From Bdellovibrionales bacterium (GTDB taxonomy: Bacteria; Bdellovibrionota; Bdellovibrionia; Bdellovibrionales; JAMPXM01), in the NCBI GenBank assembly GCA_043739185.1, contig JAYUEN010000105.1, positions 1 to 19,554 of the forward strand: a stretch of 19,554 nucleotides of DNA, in the 5' to 3' direction. Positions within the stretch are counted from its first letter, which is position 1. Each line of letters opens with the position of its first letter. Shown here in pieces: positions 7,929-17,204 of this stretch. The notes beneath the pieces are model-generated. The model was not told the origin of the DNA. It saw only the letters and a program-made list of their open reading frames with translations, and searched no databases. Position numbers and translations under genes: made by a program.

Positions 7929-8552
7929 ATGAGAATGGCCAAAAACCGCCAGAGAATTTTAGACGTTAGCATTGAGCTTTTCAATCAGTCTGGTGTTGTT
8001 GCGGTGACGACCAATCATATCGCACAAGCTCTCGAAATTAGTCCCGGGAATCTCTATTTTCATTTTCGCAACAAAGAAGAAATTATTTGCGAACTCTTTG
8101 ATACGATGTGCGAGGCCACATATAGCGTTTGGCGGCACTCAAACGTCGATAGTGAATTGCCGCCCCCGCTTGAACTCGTCGAGAGATCTTTTGAAGTGAT
8201 TTGGCAGTATCGATTTTTTCACCGCGAGAGCTATCATTTGCGCAAAAAAGATCCGACGCTTGCAAAGAAATGGCGTACTTATGTATTGAAAACAATGCGT
8301 TTGCTATTGGCCAATTATAAATTATGGGTCAAAATGGGCGTGATGCGCCCAGTGAAGGATCCCAAAGAAATGCAAATGATTTCAGATTTAGTTTTAATAA
8401 CATCGATTTCGTTATTTCAGTTTTTTGAAAGTCCAGAACAACCGGCCTCTAAAAAACACTTGAAACAAGGGGCGCAACACATCGCCCGCTTACTTCGACC
8501 TTATCATTCAGATGAAATGCAAGCCTCGCTTCAGAAATACATGATGAAATAA
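7929..8552 (+). CDS. TetR/AcrR family transcriptional regulator
   Basis: RQRILDVSIELFNQSG...TTNHIAQALEISPGNLYFHFRNKEEI, a TetR helix-turn-helix. Confidence 0.96.
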   Translation: MRMAKNRQRILDVSIELFNQSGVVAVTTNHIAQALEISPGNLYFHFRNKEEIICELFDTMCEATYSVWRHSNVDSELPPPLELVERSFEVIWQYRFFHRESYHLRKKDPTLAKKWRTYVLKTMRLLLANYKLWVKMGVMRPVKDPKEMQMISDLVLITSISLFQFFESPEQPASKKHLKQGAQHIARLLRPYHSDEMQASLQKYMMK

Positions 8553-8557
8553 AGCGC

Positions 8558-9616
8558 CTAAATTCCCATCATTGTCCGAACTGAATTTCTCTTATGTTCA
8601 AGCTCTAGCCATTCGTTTTCGAAATGACTCATGGAGACCACACCACCGCCAGCGCCCAACAAAACTTGTCCCTGTTCCCATTGAATATTGCGAATCGCTA
8701 CCACCGATACAAAGTCCCCGTTTGGAAAAAGCATTGCAAAAGGCGCCCCGAATCGCTTTCGAATATCCGCATCTGGAAGTCGCCTTAACCAATTGTAATC
8801 GAAACTTCGAGGCGAAACTCCCAAGGCTGGAGTTGGATGCAACTTCTCTATAATTTCTTTGGGATCAAACGGAGACTCCAATCTCAAGCTAATATCAGTC
8901 TTAAGATGCCACAACTGCTTCAACTCTAAAACTTCAGGGCCCACACTTATCGGAACCCCCCAAGGGGCTAAACTTTCAATGATATCATCTACGACGAGCT
9001 GATGCTCTAATACCTCTTTAGGGTCACCCAATAAATTACAGAGCTCCGTACTTCTACTTTGGGTCCCAGCGAGAGCCATACTTTTCAAGTTTCCGGACTC
9101 AAAATTCACTAAGGTTTCAGGGCTTGCACCCAGCACCCCTTCGTCCTCGTTCCATTTTCCGTATACATATAAGTTCAAAGGACTCTTATTTAAATTTCTC
9201 AGTATTTGCGCCCGTTTTACTTTATCCATATTGGTCTGGGCACGCGCAAAAAGTACTGGGACTGCTTTTTTTAATTCGCCCGAAATCATTTCACTTTTAG
9301 TTTGATCAAAGGCCTCTCGGTATTTGTCTAATTCAGGCTCAATCCAATCAAGCTTTGATATATTAGGTCGGTCACTCAAGTACCCATCCAAATATTCGCT
9401 AAACAATTCTTGGGAAATTTGAAAGGAATTTGAACCACTAACAAATTCAGTTTCAGAGTCCATAAAAAAATCCGGAAATAATATTTGTATTTCCTCTTTG
9501 TTAGCGGGAGACGCAAAGGGACCCTGCACCAAATGATAGGAGTCATTTTGCCTTAAAATTGCACCACACGTTAAGAAGCTTTCAAATTCCTCTTTTGACA
9601 TGCCATTCGACATCAT
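8558..9616 (-). CDS. Chorismate-binding enzyme (isochorismate synthase/MenF-like, MST family)
   Basis: KKAV, GASPETL, MALAGT, KE..EHQLVVDDI, HL.T, LHPTPALG, AIRNI, GAGGGVV..S..E.EW.E...K motifs. Confidence 0.88.
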   Translation of the reverse strand: MMSNGMSKEEFESFLTCGAILRQNDSYHLVQGPFASPANKEEIQILFPDFFMDSETEFVSGSNSFQISQELFSEYLDGYLSDRPNISKLDWIEPELDKYREAFDQTKSEMISGELKKAVPVLFARAQTNMDKVKRAQILRNLNKSPLNLYVYGKWNEDEGVLGASPETLVNFESGNLKSMALAGTQSRSTELCNLLGDPKEVLEHQLVVDDIIESLAPWGVPISVGPEVLELKQLWHLKTDISLRLESPFDPKEIIEKLHPTPALGVSPRSFDYNWLRRLPDADIRKRFGAPFAMLFPNGDFVSVVAIRNIQWEQGQVLLGAGGGVVSMSHFENEWLELEHKRNSVRTMMGI

Positions 9617-10854
9617 ATCGAAGCCTCCGACTCAAAAGGATTGGCAGATACAGAATGTTTGGCAGCAAAAAATTGCCGAAGCACAAGGCAAGCTGCAAAA
9701 AAAGAAATTAAGGCAGCCAATGAATATGCGGCGCCAGGAAAATAATACGAGACTCCAGAGGTAAAATAAGAAAACAAATGTGTGTAAACAATTGGCCCGA
9801 GAATCGAAGTTAAGCTAGTAAGTGACATCAAAGTTCCCTGCAATTCACCCTGCTCATTTGAAGGAACATCTTTGGATATAAGTGACTGCAGCGCTGGCCC
9901 TGAGACACTTGAAAGTGAACTTGGAACTAATACCGCAAACATCATCCAAGATTTTGACGCCAAAGAAAAACCCAAGAATCCAAATGCATTGGCTAAAACA
10001 CCAAACAACACCGACCGCCATTCGCCAAGCTTAGGAATAATAATTCGTGCAAGTAGGCCCTGAGCAATTGCGATACTCAATCCTACTACGGCTAGCGAAA
10101 GTCCAACATCGCGTGCTGTCCAATGAAACTTAAGCTGAGTATAAAGAGTCCAATTGCTGGGGTGTACTTGACCGGAAAAGAAAACCAAAAAATAAATCAC
10201 GAGTAGCGGAAGTAAAAGCTGCCTTTGAAAAATGCGCTGACAAGACTTGAGCGGGTGTAAATTCTTGAGCTCAATTTTTCTTCTTTTCTCTACAGGCAAG
10301 GATTCAGGTAGGACAAAAAAACCAAAGAGAAAATTACAAAAGTTGAGGGCCGCAGCAGTTAGAAATGGATAACTCCATCCGTAAGATCCCACAAAGCCAC
10401 CAATGGCTGGCCCAATGATAAATCCTAAACCAAAGGCGGCTCCAATCATTCCGAAATTAGAGGAACGATTTTTTTCACTGCTTACATCGGCAATATAAGC
10501 TGAGGCCACGGTCATACTTGCACCCGTGAGGCCAGAAATAACTCGGCCAATAAATAAAATCAAAAGATTGGGAGCAAATGCCATTATGACATAATCGATG
10601 CCTGCGCCGAAAAGTGAAATGAGTAGAATTGGACGCCTACCAAATCGATCTGATAGGGCACCCAAAATTGGTGAGGTGAAAAACTGAATGAGCGAGTACA
10701 CCGATATAAAATAACCAAAATATTGACTCGCCTGAGTTGGATCGAGCATAAAGTGGCGAATGAGCTCAGGTAGAATAGGAATAATTACGCCGATCCCTAA
10801 AACATCTAAAAACATGGTAATGAAAATAAATTTAATTGGGGAGTTCTTAAACAT
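9613..10854 (-). CDS. TCR/Tet (DHA1) family MFS efflux transporter, TetA-like
   Basis: FLDVLGIGVIIPILP, GALSDRFGRRPILL (motif A), GRVISGLTGAS, FGLGFIIGPAIGG (motif C), QGELQG. The ATG at 10854 is preferred over the ORF-track TTG at 10899 because a sigma70-like promoter lies between them. Substrate is not determinable from sequence. Confidence 0.93.
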   Translation of the reverse strand: MFKNSPIKFIFITMFLDVLGIGVIIPILPELIRHFMLDPTQASQYFGYFISVYSLIQFFTSPILGALSDRFGRRPILLISLFGAGIDYVIMAFAPNLLILFIGRVISGLTGASMTVASAYIADVSSEKNRSSNFGMIGAAFGLGFIIGPAIGGFVGSYGWSYPFLTAAALNFCNFLFGFFVLPESLPVEKRRKIELKNLHPLKSCQRIFQRQLLLPLLVIYFLVFFSGQVHPSNWTLYTQLKFHWTARDVGLSLAVVGLSIAIAQGLLARIIIPKLGEWRSVLFGVLANAFGFLGFSLASKSWMMFAVLVPSSLSSVSGPALQSLISKDVPSNEQGELQGTLMSLTSLTSILGPIVYTHLFSYFTSGVSYYFPGAAYSLAALISFFAACLVLRQFFAAKHSVSANPFESEASI

Positions 10855-10870
10855 AGATTCTATTAGCACG

Positions 10871-10899
10871 ATTTTAAGAGCTTGGCACGAGGATCTCAA
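10871..10899 (-). promoter_or_regulatory. Sigma70-like promoter of the MFS-chorismate enzyme operon
   Basis: Minus strand reads TTGAGA-N17-TAAAAT, ending 16 nt before the ATG at 10854. Confidence 0.55.
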
Positions 10900-10923
10900 A
10901 ATTAAGAAAGTGCTTAATTTGTT

Positions 10924-13086
10924 TTAGCTTTTTCGAAATGGCTTAGTTAAAATAGTCCACATTCGGCAGAAAAATCCACATTGAATTTCAGGTCGGACCC
11001 GACTTTCTGGGTCTGCCGCCGGCCCTCTATCAGGCTGGTCACCTGCCTTTTTTCGGTCATCTACAACCGCCTGTTTATGCGATTTGAGATTTGGACAATA
11101 CTGCAGACCCGAGGCAAAAATATGTTCGTAGCGCTGTTGCTGTTCAGTGAAGCTCCCATTTTGACTACCATCACAAACGCCCAAGCTCACGCCCCTGACA
11201 CAATCGGCCCGAGACAGTGAGTTAAATAAGCCATGTGCGATATCAATATTTCGCTTTGCATTTGCAATGGCAGTTTCGAGATAACTTGAGTGATTGAGCT
11301 CGCCTTGAACGGTCGAAACCTCGAGGCAAAAATCAGAAAAGCTATTAAGGTTATCGATCATGCTGATTTGTGCAAGTTCGCTGCATCTCTGAATGGCATC
11401 TTGACTTGGATTCCAGCTAAACTGGCTTGACGTTTGAATTAGTTTGGCTTTTTCTCTTAGACAGTTCGGATCGGGACTTTCCGTATTTTGTCGAGCAATC
11501 GTGAGCTTGCGAATGGGCTCTAAACAAGCGTTATCTAATGCACGTTTACTGCCCATTGTTTGATTGAACTTTTCAACATCTGAAGTGATCGACATAATGT
11601 GCGCCTGAAAGCTTTTGAGCATTTGATTTTTCGCATAGTAGATTGCGCCCTCAGCTGACGCCCACTTATCTAAAAGCCCCTGAATGCTCTGACACATTTG
11701 AGATTTGTCTCCGCCAAATTTTGAAATGTGATCGGCAAGCGAATTAAAAAGCTTGGCGTGCATACCAAAACTAACACTTGTCGCATTTAAATTTTCAAAT
11801 TCAGGACAATCGAACCCGCGCTTTTCATCAGCTCCAACTTTGTCCATTTCACTGGTCAAGACGCGCACTCTAGATTGGTCTCGGCCTGCGGTTTTACGCA
11901 GTGCTTGTTCGACATCGAGAGGATTTTCTTTTCTTAAAAATTTATCCGGCGACATATCAGAAGCAAGAGCCATTGCTAAAATTTGTTTGTCCAGATCACT
12001 TTCAATGGCATTCAATTCGCGCGCACTATCTTCAAAGGTTTTAAATGATTCTCCGTAAATAGATTTGAGCTTTTTGTCTTGTTCGTCACTGAGTGTTCCG
12101 ACGATATTATGCCAAATACTAGATGATAACTCAACGATTCCGCCAACCGCAAACGACATAAGCGGGCCCCCAATGCCAACGCCAATTGCGCCACCAAGGC
12201 CTCCTGCTAAACCAAGTTTCAAAGCCGTCATCGGATCGGTAATTTTATTGATGCCGCTGTTTACACTACCCGATAAATTATTTGCAGCACTGGCTAAACC
12301 ATTTACTGGGGCTCCTATATTAGCTTTCGTCCAGATATCAAAACTTTGCAACTGACCTGGCGAAATCCCGCCACCTGCGGTTCTTAGGTAATTTAAATAT
12401 TGCTGCCAGTCGCTTGTGGTCTGAGCCTGGGCTTCAGGCAGCTTTAAAAATTGTCGCCAAAAACTTTGATCCTTGAAATTGAAAGCCGTTTTCTCAGGAC
12501 TCAATTGGCCGGCAAATGTATCTTGCATTGAGATGGCTTCTGAAAATACCGGTACCGCATAACCGCGGCGTGAAATCGCTACTGAAAACGCATAGTGCGT
12601 TCCCAAATCTTTATACACAACTCGAACCAGGCGATTGTATTTGAGCCAGTCCGAATAAAAAGAAATCGTATGATCCTTTTTTTCAATATACCACTCGGGA
12701 GCGGCCACCAACTGCCGAATCTCTTCTGTCAAATGACGTGCCTCTGCCTCTGATTGCTTTTCAGAAAGCAATGCTGAGCTTGCGCGCTTGAAGACAAACT
12801 GAGTGACCGTACCCATTGGGATTTCGAGCTTTCCCAATCGAACATTTCTTTGCATCACATATTCATGCTCAATGCTGTCGACGCCTTTGACTTTTTGCGC
12901 CAATTGATTTTCGAGCTTTTTTTGCTCTTCGCTATCGCCGAATACCGCAACCATTTGCCACTGACTGACAGTCGAAGCTTGTGTAGCAGTTCGCGGTTTT
13001 TCATTTTTTGAATATGCGGGCTCACTCATAAAGCAAATGAGTATTGCAAAGCTTAGGATCACGCATTTTATTAAAATCTTCTTCAT
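10924..13086 (-). CDS. Large hypothetical secreted protein with glycine-zipper hydrophobic segment and Cys-rich helical C-terminal half
   Basis: 720-aa ORF. SD-like GAGGGA upstream. Signal peptide MKKILIKCVILSFAILICF..PAYS. LGLAGGLGGAIGVGIGG segment. 11 Cys in the C-terminal ~300 aa. Confidence 0.85.
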   Translation of the reverse strand: MKKILIKCVILSFAILICFMSEPAYSKNEKPRTATQASTVSQWQMVAVFGDSEEQKKLENQLAQKVKGVDSIEHEYVMQRNVRLGKLEIPMGTVTQFVFKRASSALLSEKQSEAEARHLTEEIRQLVAAPEWYIEKKDHTISFYSDWLKYNRLVRVVYKDLGTHYAFSVAISRRGYAVPVFSEAISMQDTFAGQLSPEKTAFNFKDQSFWRQFLKLPEAQAQTTSDWQQYLNYLRTAGGGISPGQLQSFDIWTKANIGAPVNGLASAANNLSGSVNSGINKITDPMTALKLGLAGGLGGAIGVGIGGPLMSFAVGGIVELSSSIWHNIVGTLSDEQDKKLKSIYGESFKTFEDSARELNAIESDLDKQILAMALASDMSPDKFLRKENPLDVEQALRKTAGRDQSRVRVLTSEMDKVGADEKRGFDCPEFENLNATSVSFGMHAKLFNSLADHISKFGGDKSQMCQSIQGLLDKWASAEGAIYYAKNQMLKSFQAHIMSITSDVEKFNQTMGSKRALDNACLEPIRKLTIARQNTESPDPNCLREKAKLIQTSSQFSWNPSQDAIQRCSELAQISMIDNLNSFSDFCLEVSTVQGELNHSSYLETAIANAKRNIDIAHGLFNSLSRADCVRGVSLGVCDGSQNGSFTEQQQRYEHIFASGLQYCPNLKSHKQAVVDDRKKAGDQPDRGPAADPESRVRPEIQCGFFCRMWTILTKPFRKS

Positions 13087-13113
13087 AAAATCCCTCTAAG
13101 GATCACAGCCTAG

Positions 13114-13140
13114 TTTTCGGATTTTACTTATGAAAGCTAA
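13114..13140 (-). promoter_or_regulatory. Sigma28 (FliA)-like promoter
   Basis: Minus strand TTAG-N15-TCCGAAAA (consensus TAAA-N15-GCCGATAA), 27 nt upstream of the ATG at 13086. Confidence 0.5.
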
Positions 13141-13301
13141 AAATTTTTACAGGGTCATGGCCAAAAGTCTAGAGGTGGGCGCCCAATTGATCTGCCGGTG
13201 GCGGAAATTCAATTATAGAGTCCTACACAAAACTTTCTCTCTCTTTCGCTAATGTTGCTGCTTTCGGGTCTCTATACCTTTGTTTTCCCCCAACACAACG
13301 T

Positions 13302-13338
13302 TGGTATACGGCGGCAAGTAGTACATTGCCGTATACTA
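13302..13338 (-). terminator. Stem-loop downstream of the 13372-13998 gene (possible terminator or RNA-stabilising hairpin)
   Basis: TGGTATACGGC...GCCGTATACTA, an 11-bp stem with one G/T pair. No clear U-tract. Confidence 0.35.
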
Positions 13339-13371
13339 GGTGAAATGAACTACAAACTTAAACCACTTAAA

Positions 13372-13998
13372 TTAAGGCGCAGTTATGAGCTTGGTCACAA
13401 CCGAAATTTCACTAACTTTCTGAATCGCTCTTGGATATAAAAAGTTAACTTCATCTTGAACATCTTGAGCGAGGCTCGTTAACATCAAGACCGTATCGCT
13501 ATCAACATTTTGAGCTTCAAGGGCCATTTCCTCACGAACCACGCTGAGTTTCTTTTCGCTCAAAACACGATTCATCCAGCTTGAATAGTTTTTCGAATTC
13601 ATCGACAAAATCGTGTCTGCGCTATTCGAGTTTCGCACGCACTCATGGTAAAGAGCGGCTGCATTGATTTGATCGGGCTCATTTTCTTTTATAATACTGC
13701 AATTATTATTGTCTCGAATGGCTTTTGATAGCTGCTTCTTGATAACCTTTGATTTGAGGCCGGTCACATCAAATGCGACTTCTTTTTCAGTAGGGACAAA
13801 ACTGAGACTCAAGTTGAATCCCGCGATCCGATTCTTAAGCTGAAATTTAAATAGATTTAAACTCATTTTGGCCTCTGCGCCCTTAAAAACTATCTGAGTA
13901 CTTTGAATTTGATTGAAGTGGGCAAGGGCTGATTGGCCAACAAAAATTGTCGAAACTGCGAAAATTGTCATCGCAAAAGACGAAATTTTTGACTTCAT
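13372..13998 (-). CDS. Hypothetical secreted protein
   Basis: The ATG at 13998 has a strong SD (GAGGAG) and gives a clean signal peptide (MKSKISSFAMTIFAVSTIFVGQSALA), so it is preferred to the ORF-track TTG at 14028. One Cys pair in the mature protein. Confidence 0.8.
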   Translation of the reverse strand: MKSKISSFAMTIFAVSTIFVGQSALAHFNQIQSTQIVFKGAEAKMSLNLFKFQLKNRIAGFNLSLSFVPTEKEVAFDVTGLKSKVIKKQLSKAIRDNNNCSIIKENEPDQINAAALYHECVRNSNSADTILSMNSKNYSSWMNRVLSEKKLSVVREEMALEAQNVDSDTVLMLTSLAQDVQDEVNFLYPRAIQKVSEISVVTKLITAP

Positions 13999-14098
13999 AG
14001 ATGTCTCCTCAATTTTAAGCGTTTTCAAGGCAAATTCAAAATATCCACCCAGTTTTACTTCAAAAAAGAGGCCAAAATTCGAGCACTTTTAAACTCTT

Positions 14099-14125
14099 AC
14101 TTCGGCCCATCCTAAACTCAGTTAA
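14099..14125 (-). promoter_or_regulatory. Sigma28 (FliA)-like promoter
   Basis: Minus strand TTAA-N15-GCCGAAGT, about 100 nt upstream of the ATG at 13998. Confidence 0.5.
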
Positions 14126-14213
14126 ATTTTGGAGCATGTGAGTTAAGCCTTGAATCCCTCGGGGCCCAAAAATAATATCCTGAAGATCTCAACCAGAACT
14201 CAATGGAGCCAAT

Positions 14214-16292
14214 ATGAAGCTTTTCGTTCAGACATCCAAGCAATTTAGACTTTTCTTGTTCGTAATTATTCTTTTTGGAGTGAGCCCAAATCTCTTAGCA
14301 GATGAAGGCATGTGGACCCTAAATAATTTTCCCAAAAAACTTTTTGAAAAGAAATATCATACGGCTCCAACCGATGAGTGGCTTAAACATGTTCAACTCT
14401 CGTCAGCAAGATTGGCCGGCGGCTGCTCAGGCAGTTTTGTTTCTTCTACCGGACTTGTCATGACCAATCATCATTGTGCGGCTTCATGTATAGAGCAACT
14501 TTCAAACTCTAAAAAGGATTTCATTGCCTCTGGCTTTTACGCCAAAAAGGCAGAGGATGAAGTGAAGTGCCCTGAAATTGAAGTGAATAAGCTCATGAAT
14601 ATTAGTGATGTCACAGCACAAATCCAAGCCGCTACAAAAAACCTGTCTGGAAAGGATTTTAACGATAAGCTAAAAGCCGAAACCGCAAAGATTGAAAAGG
14701 CTTGTTCGGCCGGATCAGAAAGAGTTCGCTGTGATGTCGTCACTCTTTACCACGGCGGGGCCTATAATCTTTACCAATATGAACGCTATCAAGATGTACG
14801 ATTGGTTTTTGCGCCTGAATTTGCGGCCGCTTTTTTTGGCGGAGATCCTGATAATTTTATGTTTCCAAGATATGATCTCGATATTTCATTTTTGCGAGTT
14901 TATGATCAAGGACATCCGCTTCAAACCAAAGATTTTTTTAAGTGGTCAAAAGATGGCGCCAAAGATTCAGATTTGACTTTTGTAACCGGCCATCCCGGCA
15001 GCACTTCCCGACTCCTTACAATTTCAGACCTTGAATTATTACGTGATTTAAAACTTCCTAAAAATCTAATGTATTTATCTGAATTACGAGGACTCCTTAC
15101 CGAATTTCAAAAGCGCGGTCCAGAGCAAAAGCGATTTTCAAATGGTCGACTTTTTGGAGTCGAAAACTCTTTGAAGGGAATGAAGGGTCGTTTCTTGACT
15201 TTGACCGACAAAAAGTTTTTTGCCGAACGCGTAAACAAAGAACAGGAATTAATTAAGAAGATAAGCGCCAATCCTAAATTGAAAAAAGAATTCTCAAGCG
15301 CTTGGAAAGAAAACAAAGAGGCCAATGAAAAATTAAAAAACATTTATTATGAGCTCGATTTTATTGAAAATAATTCTTACGGCTCCAAACTATTTCAAAT
15401 CGCTCGAAATTTAGTACGCGCCAGCGAAGAATTACAAAAACCCAATGAAAAGCGATTTCATGAATTTACGGATTCAGCCTTACCCCAGATGAAGCAGTAT
15501 TTGTTTACCACCGCACCTATTTACGACGAATTTGAAATTGCTATGATGACATTCTCGCTTACAAAGGTGCGAGAGTATTTGACTGCAGACCATCCCTTTG
15601 TAAAAAAGCTTTTGGGCAAAAAGTCTCCGGCTGAATTGGCAGAATATCTGATTCACAATACCAAATTAAAAGATATTAAATTGCGTGAACAACTTTTGAA
15701 GGACGGCAAGGCATCTATAGATAGCTCAACTGATGTCTTGATCGAATTTGCCAAACTTATTGATCCGGAAGCCAGAAGAGTTCGAAAAATTTATGAAGAT
15801 GAAATCGAAAGTATTTTGAAGAAAAATGCTGAAAAAATTGCCCAGGCACAATTTGCAGTTTACGGCTCGCAAACCTATCCGGATGCAACTTTTACTCTAA
15901 GAATTTCTTATGGTCAGGTGAAGGGCTATCAAGAAAACGGCCACACCGTAAACCCAGTAACCACTTTTGAGGGTGCCTATGATCGTCATACCGGCAAAGA
16001 TCCATTTGAACTTCCTGAAACTTGGATGAAGGCCAAAGAACGCGTAAATTTGAAAACTCCTTTAGATTTTTGCTCGACCAACGATATCATCGGGGGCAAC
16101 TCAGGCTCGCCAGTTATAAATAAAGATGCCGAAGTCGTAGGAATCATTTTTGACGGCAATATTCAATCTCTTGGTGGCGACTTTGGATTCGATGAGTCGG
16201 TTAATCGCGCAGTGGCAGTCGATAGTCCAGGCATTATTGAAGCTTTAGACAAGATATATGATGCTGGCCGAATCACTTCCGAGCTGAAATGA
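14214..16292 (+). CDS. S46 family dipeptidyl peptidase (DPP7/DAP BII-like)
   Basis: Signal peptide then DEGMW. GGCSGSFVS..GLVMTNHHC (catalytic His), FGGDPDNF.FPRY.LD (catalytic Asp region), YPDATFTLRISYG, TNDIIGGNSGSPV (catalytic Ser), FDGN. Confidence 0.97.
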   Translation: MKLFVQTSKQFRLFLFVIILFGVSPNLLADEGMWTLNNFPKKLFEKKYHTAPTDEWLKHVQLSSARLAGGCSGSFVSSTGLVMTNHHCAASCIEQLSNSKKDFIASGFYAKKAEDEVKCPEIEVNKLMNISDVTAQIQAATKNLSGKDFNDKLKAETAKIEKACSAGSERVRCDVVTLYHGGAYNLYQYERYQDVRLVFAPEFAAAFFGGDPDNFMFPRYDLDISFLRVYDQGHPLQTKDFFKWSKDGAKDSDLTFVTGHPGSTSRLLTISDLELLRDLKLPKNLMYLSELRGLLTEFQKRGPEQKRFSNGRLFGVENSLKGMKGRFLTLTDKKFFAERVNKEQELIKKISANPKLKKEFSSAWKENKEANEKLKNIYYELDFIENNSYGSKLFQIARNLVRASEELQKPNEKRFHEFTDSALPQMKQYLFTTAPIYDEFEIAMMTFSLTKVREYLTADHPFVKKLLGKKSPAELAEYLIHNTKLKDIKLREQLLKDGKASIDSSTDVLIEFAKLIDPEARRVRKIYEDEIESILKKNAEKIAQAQFAVYGSQTYPDATFTLRISYGQVKGYQENGHTVNPVTTFEGAYDRHTGKDPFELPETWMKAKERVNLKTPLDFCSTNDIIGGNSGSPVINKDAEVVGIIFDGNIQSLGGDFGFDESVNRAVAVDSPGIIEALDKIYDAGRITSELK

Positions 16293-16309
16293 CAAGCTAA
16301 GGACAATTT

Positions 16310-17200
16310 ATGAAAGCTTCACTTTTAACTATAAATCCGCATTCTCGGGATCTTGGGGGAATCTCTGTAAGAAGAGCTCTTCCCAATATTCAAAAACGCA
16401 ATATTTCCTATTTTGTTTTTCTCGACCATCTGGGGCCAGCTGAAATTGGCAAAGAAAGAAGATTAGACGTACGCCCCCACCCTCATATCGCGCTGGCGAC
16501 TCTTACTTATTTGTTTTCTGGTCAAATACTTCATCGTGATAGTTTGGGGTCCGTTCAACTTATTGAGGCGGGTGACGTCAACTGGATGATTGCCGGTCGA
16601 GGTATTGTTCATTCTGAGCGAACTCCAAAAGAAAAATTTGAAAATACAATTTTGCATGGCTTACAGCTCTGGGTGGCTTTGCCTAAAAGCAAAGAGGAAA
16701 TGGAACCCTCATTTAAGCATTTTAAAAAAGAAAGTCTGCCAAATTTCAAAAAGGACGGGGCTGAACTCAAGCTAATTTTAGGCGAATTTTTAGGTAAGAC
16801 TTCGCCAGTTAAACTTGAGTGTAGTCTATTTTATTTAGATGCAACGCTCAAAAAAGGCGAGAAAATGAATCTCGAGTTTCCGAAGTCTAATGAAGCGGGA
16901 CTTTATATGTTGGCGGGCTCACTCGAGATTTCAGATATAGGCTATCCTGAAAATCCTGAAGTTTTCTCAAAGCAAAGTCTCGTGGTTTTCAGCCCCAATC
17001 GCAGATACACTTTGATTGCTAAAGAAGACTGTCACTTTGTTTTGTTTGGTGGAGAAGCCCTGTCCGAACCACGCTATATGTGGTGGAATTTTGTATCTAG
17101 CTCAAAGGCTAGAATTGAAAATGCAAAGGTCGCGTGGGCATCCCAAGAAATGGGGAAAGTCCCTGAAGAAACTGATTTTATTCCGCTTCCTGAAAAGTAA
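16310..17200 (+). CDS. Pirin family protein
   Basis: FVFLDH, VRPHPHI.L.TLTYLF.G...HRDSLG, VNWM.AG.GIVHSE, GLQLWVALP, WWNFVSS. Confidence 0.96.
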   Translation: MKASLLTINPHSRDLGGISVRRALPNIQKRNISYFVFLDHLGPAEIGKERRLDVRPHPHIALATLTYLFSGQILHRDSLGSVQLIEAGDVNWMIAGRGIVHSERTPKEKFENTILHGLQLWVALPKSKEEMEPSFKHFKKESLPNFKKDGAELKLILGEFLGKTSPVKLECSLFYLDATLKKGEKMNLEFPKSNEAGLYMLAGSLEISDIGYPENPEVFSKQSLVVFSPNRRYTLIAKEDCHFVLFGGEALSEPRYMWWNFVSSSKARIENAKVAWASQEMGKVPEETDFIPLPEK

Positions 17201-17204
17201 AAAC

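Noticed and set aside
9506..9524. GGGAGACGCAAAGGGACCC, resembling part of a c-di-GMP-I riboswitch
   Set aside because: It lies within a CDS on the antisense strand and lacks the rest of the motif.
7929..10854. Classical tetR-tetA resistance module
   Set aside because: The genes are convergent and separated by a chorismate enzyme rather than divergent, there is no mobile context, and the TetR does not resemble the tetracycline repressor class.
13252..13440. 62-aa plus-strand ORF, and the many other short ORFs nested in or antisense to the long CDSs
   Set aside because: No SD or recognisable motifs, and they overlap better-supported genes, so they are treated as shadow ORFs.
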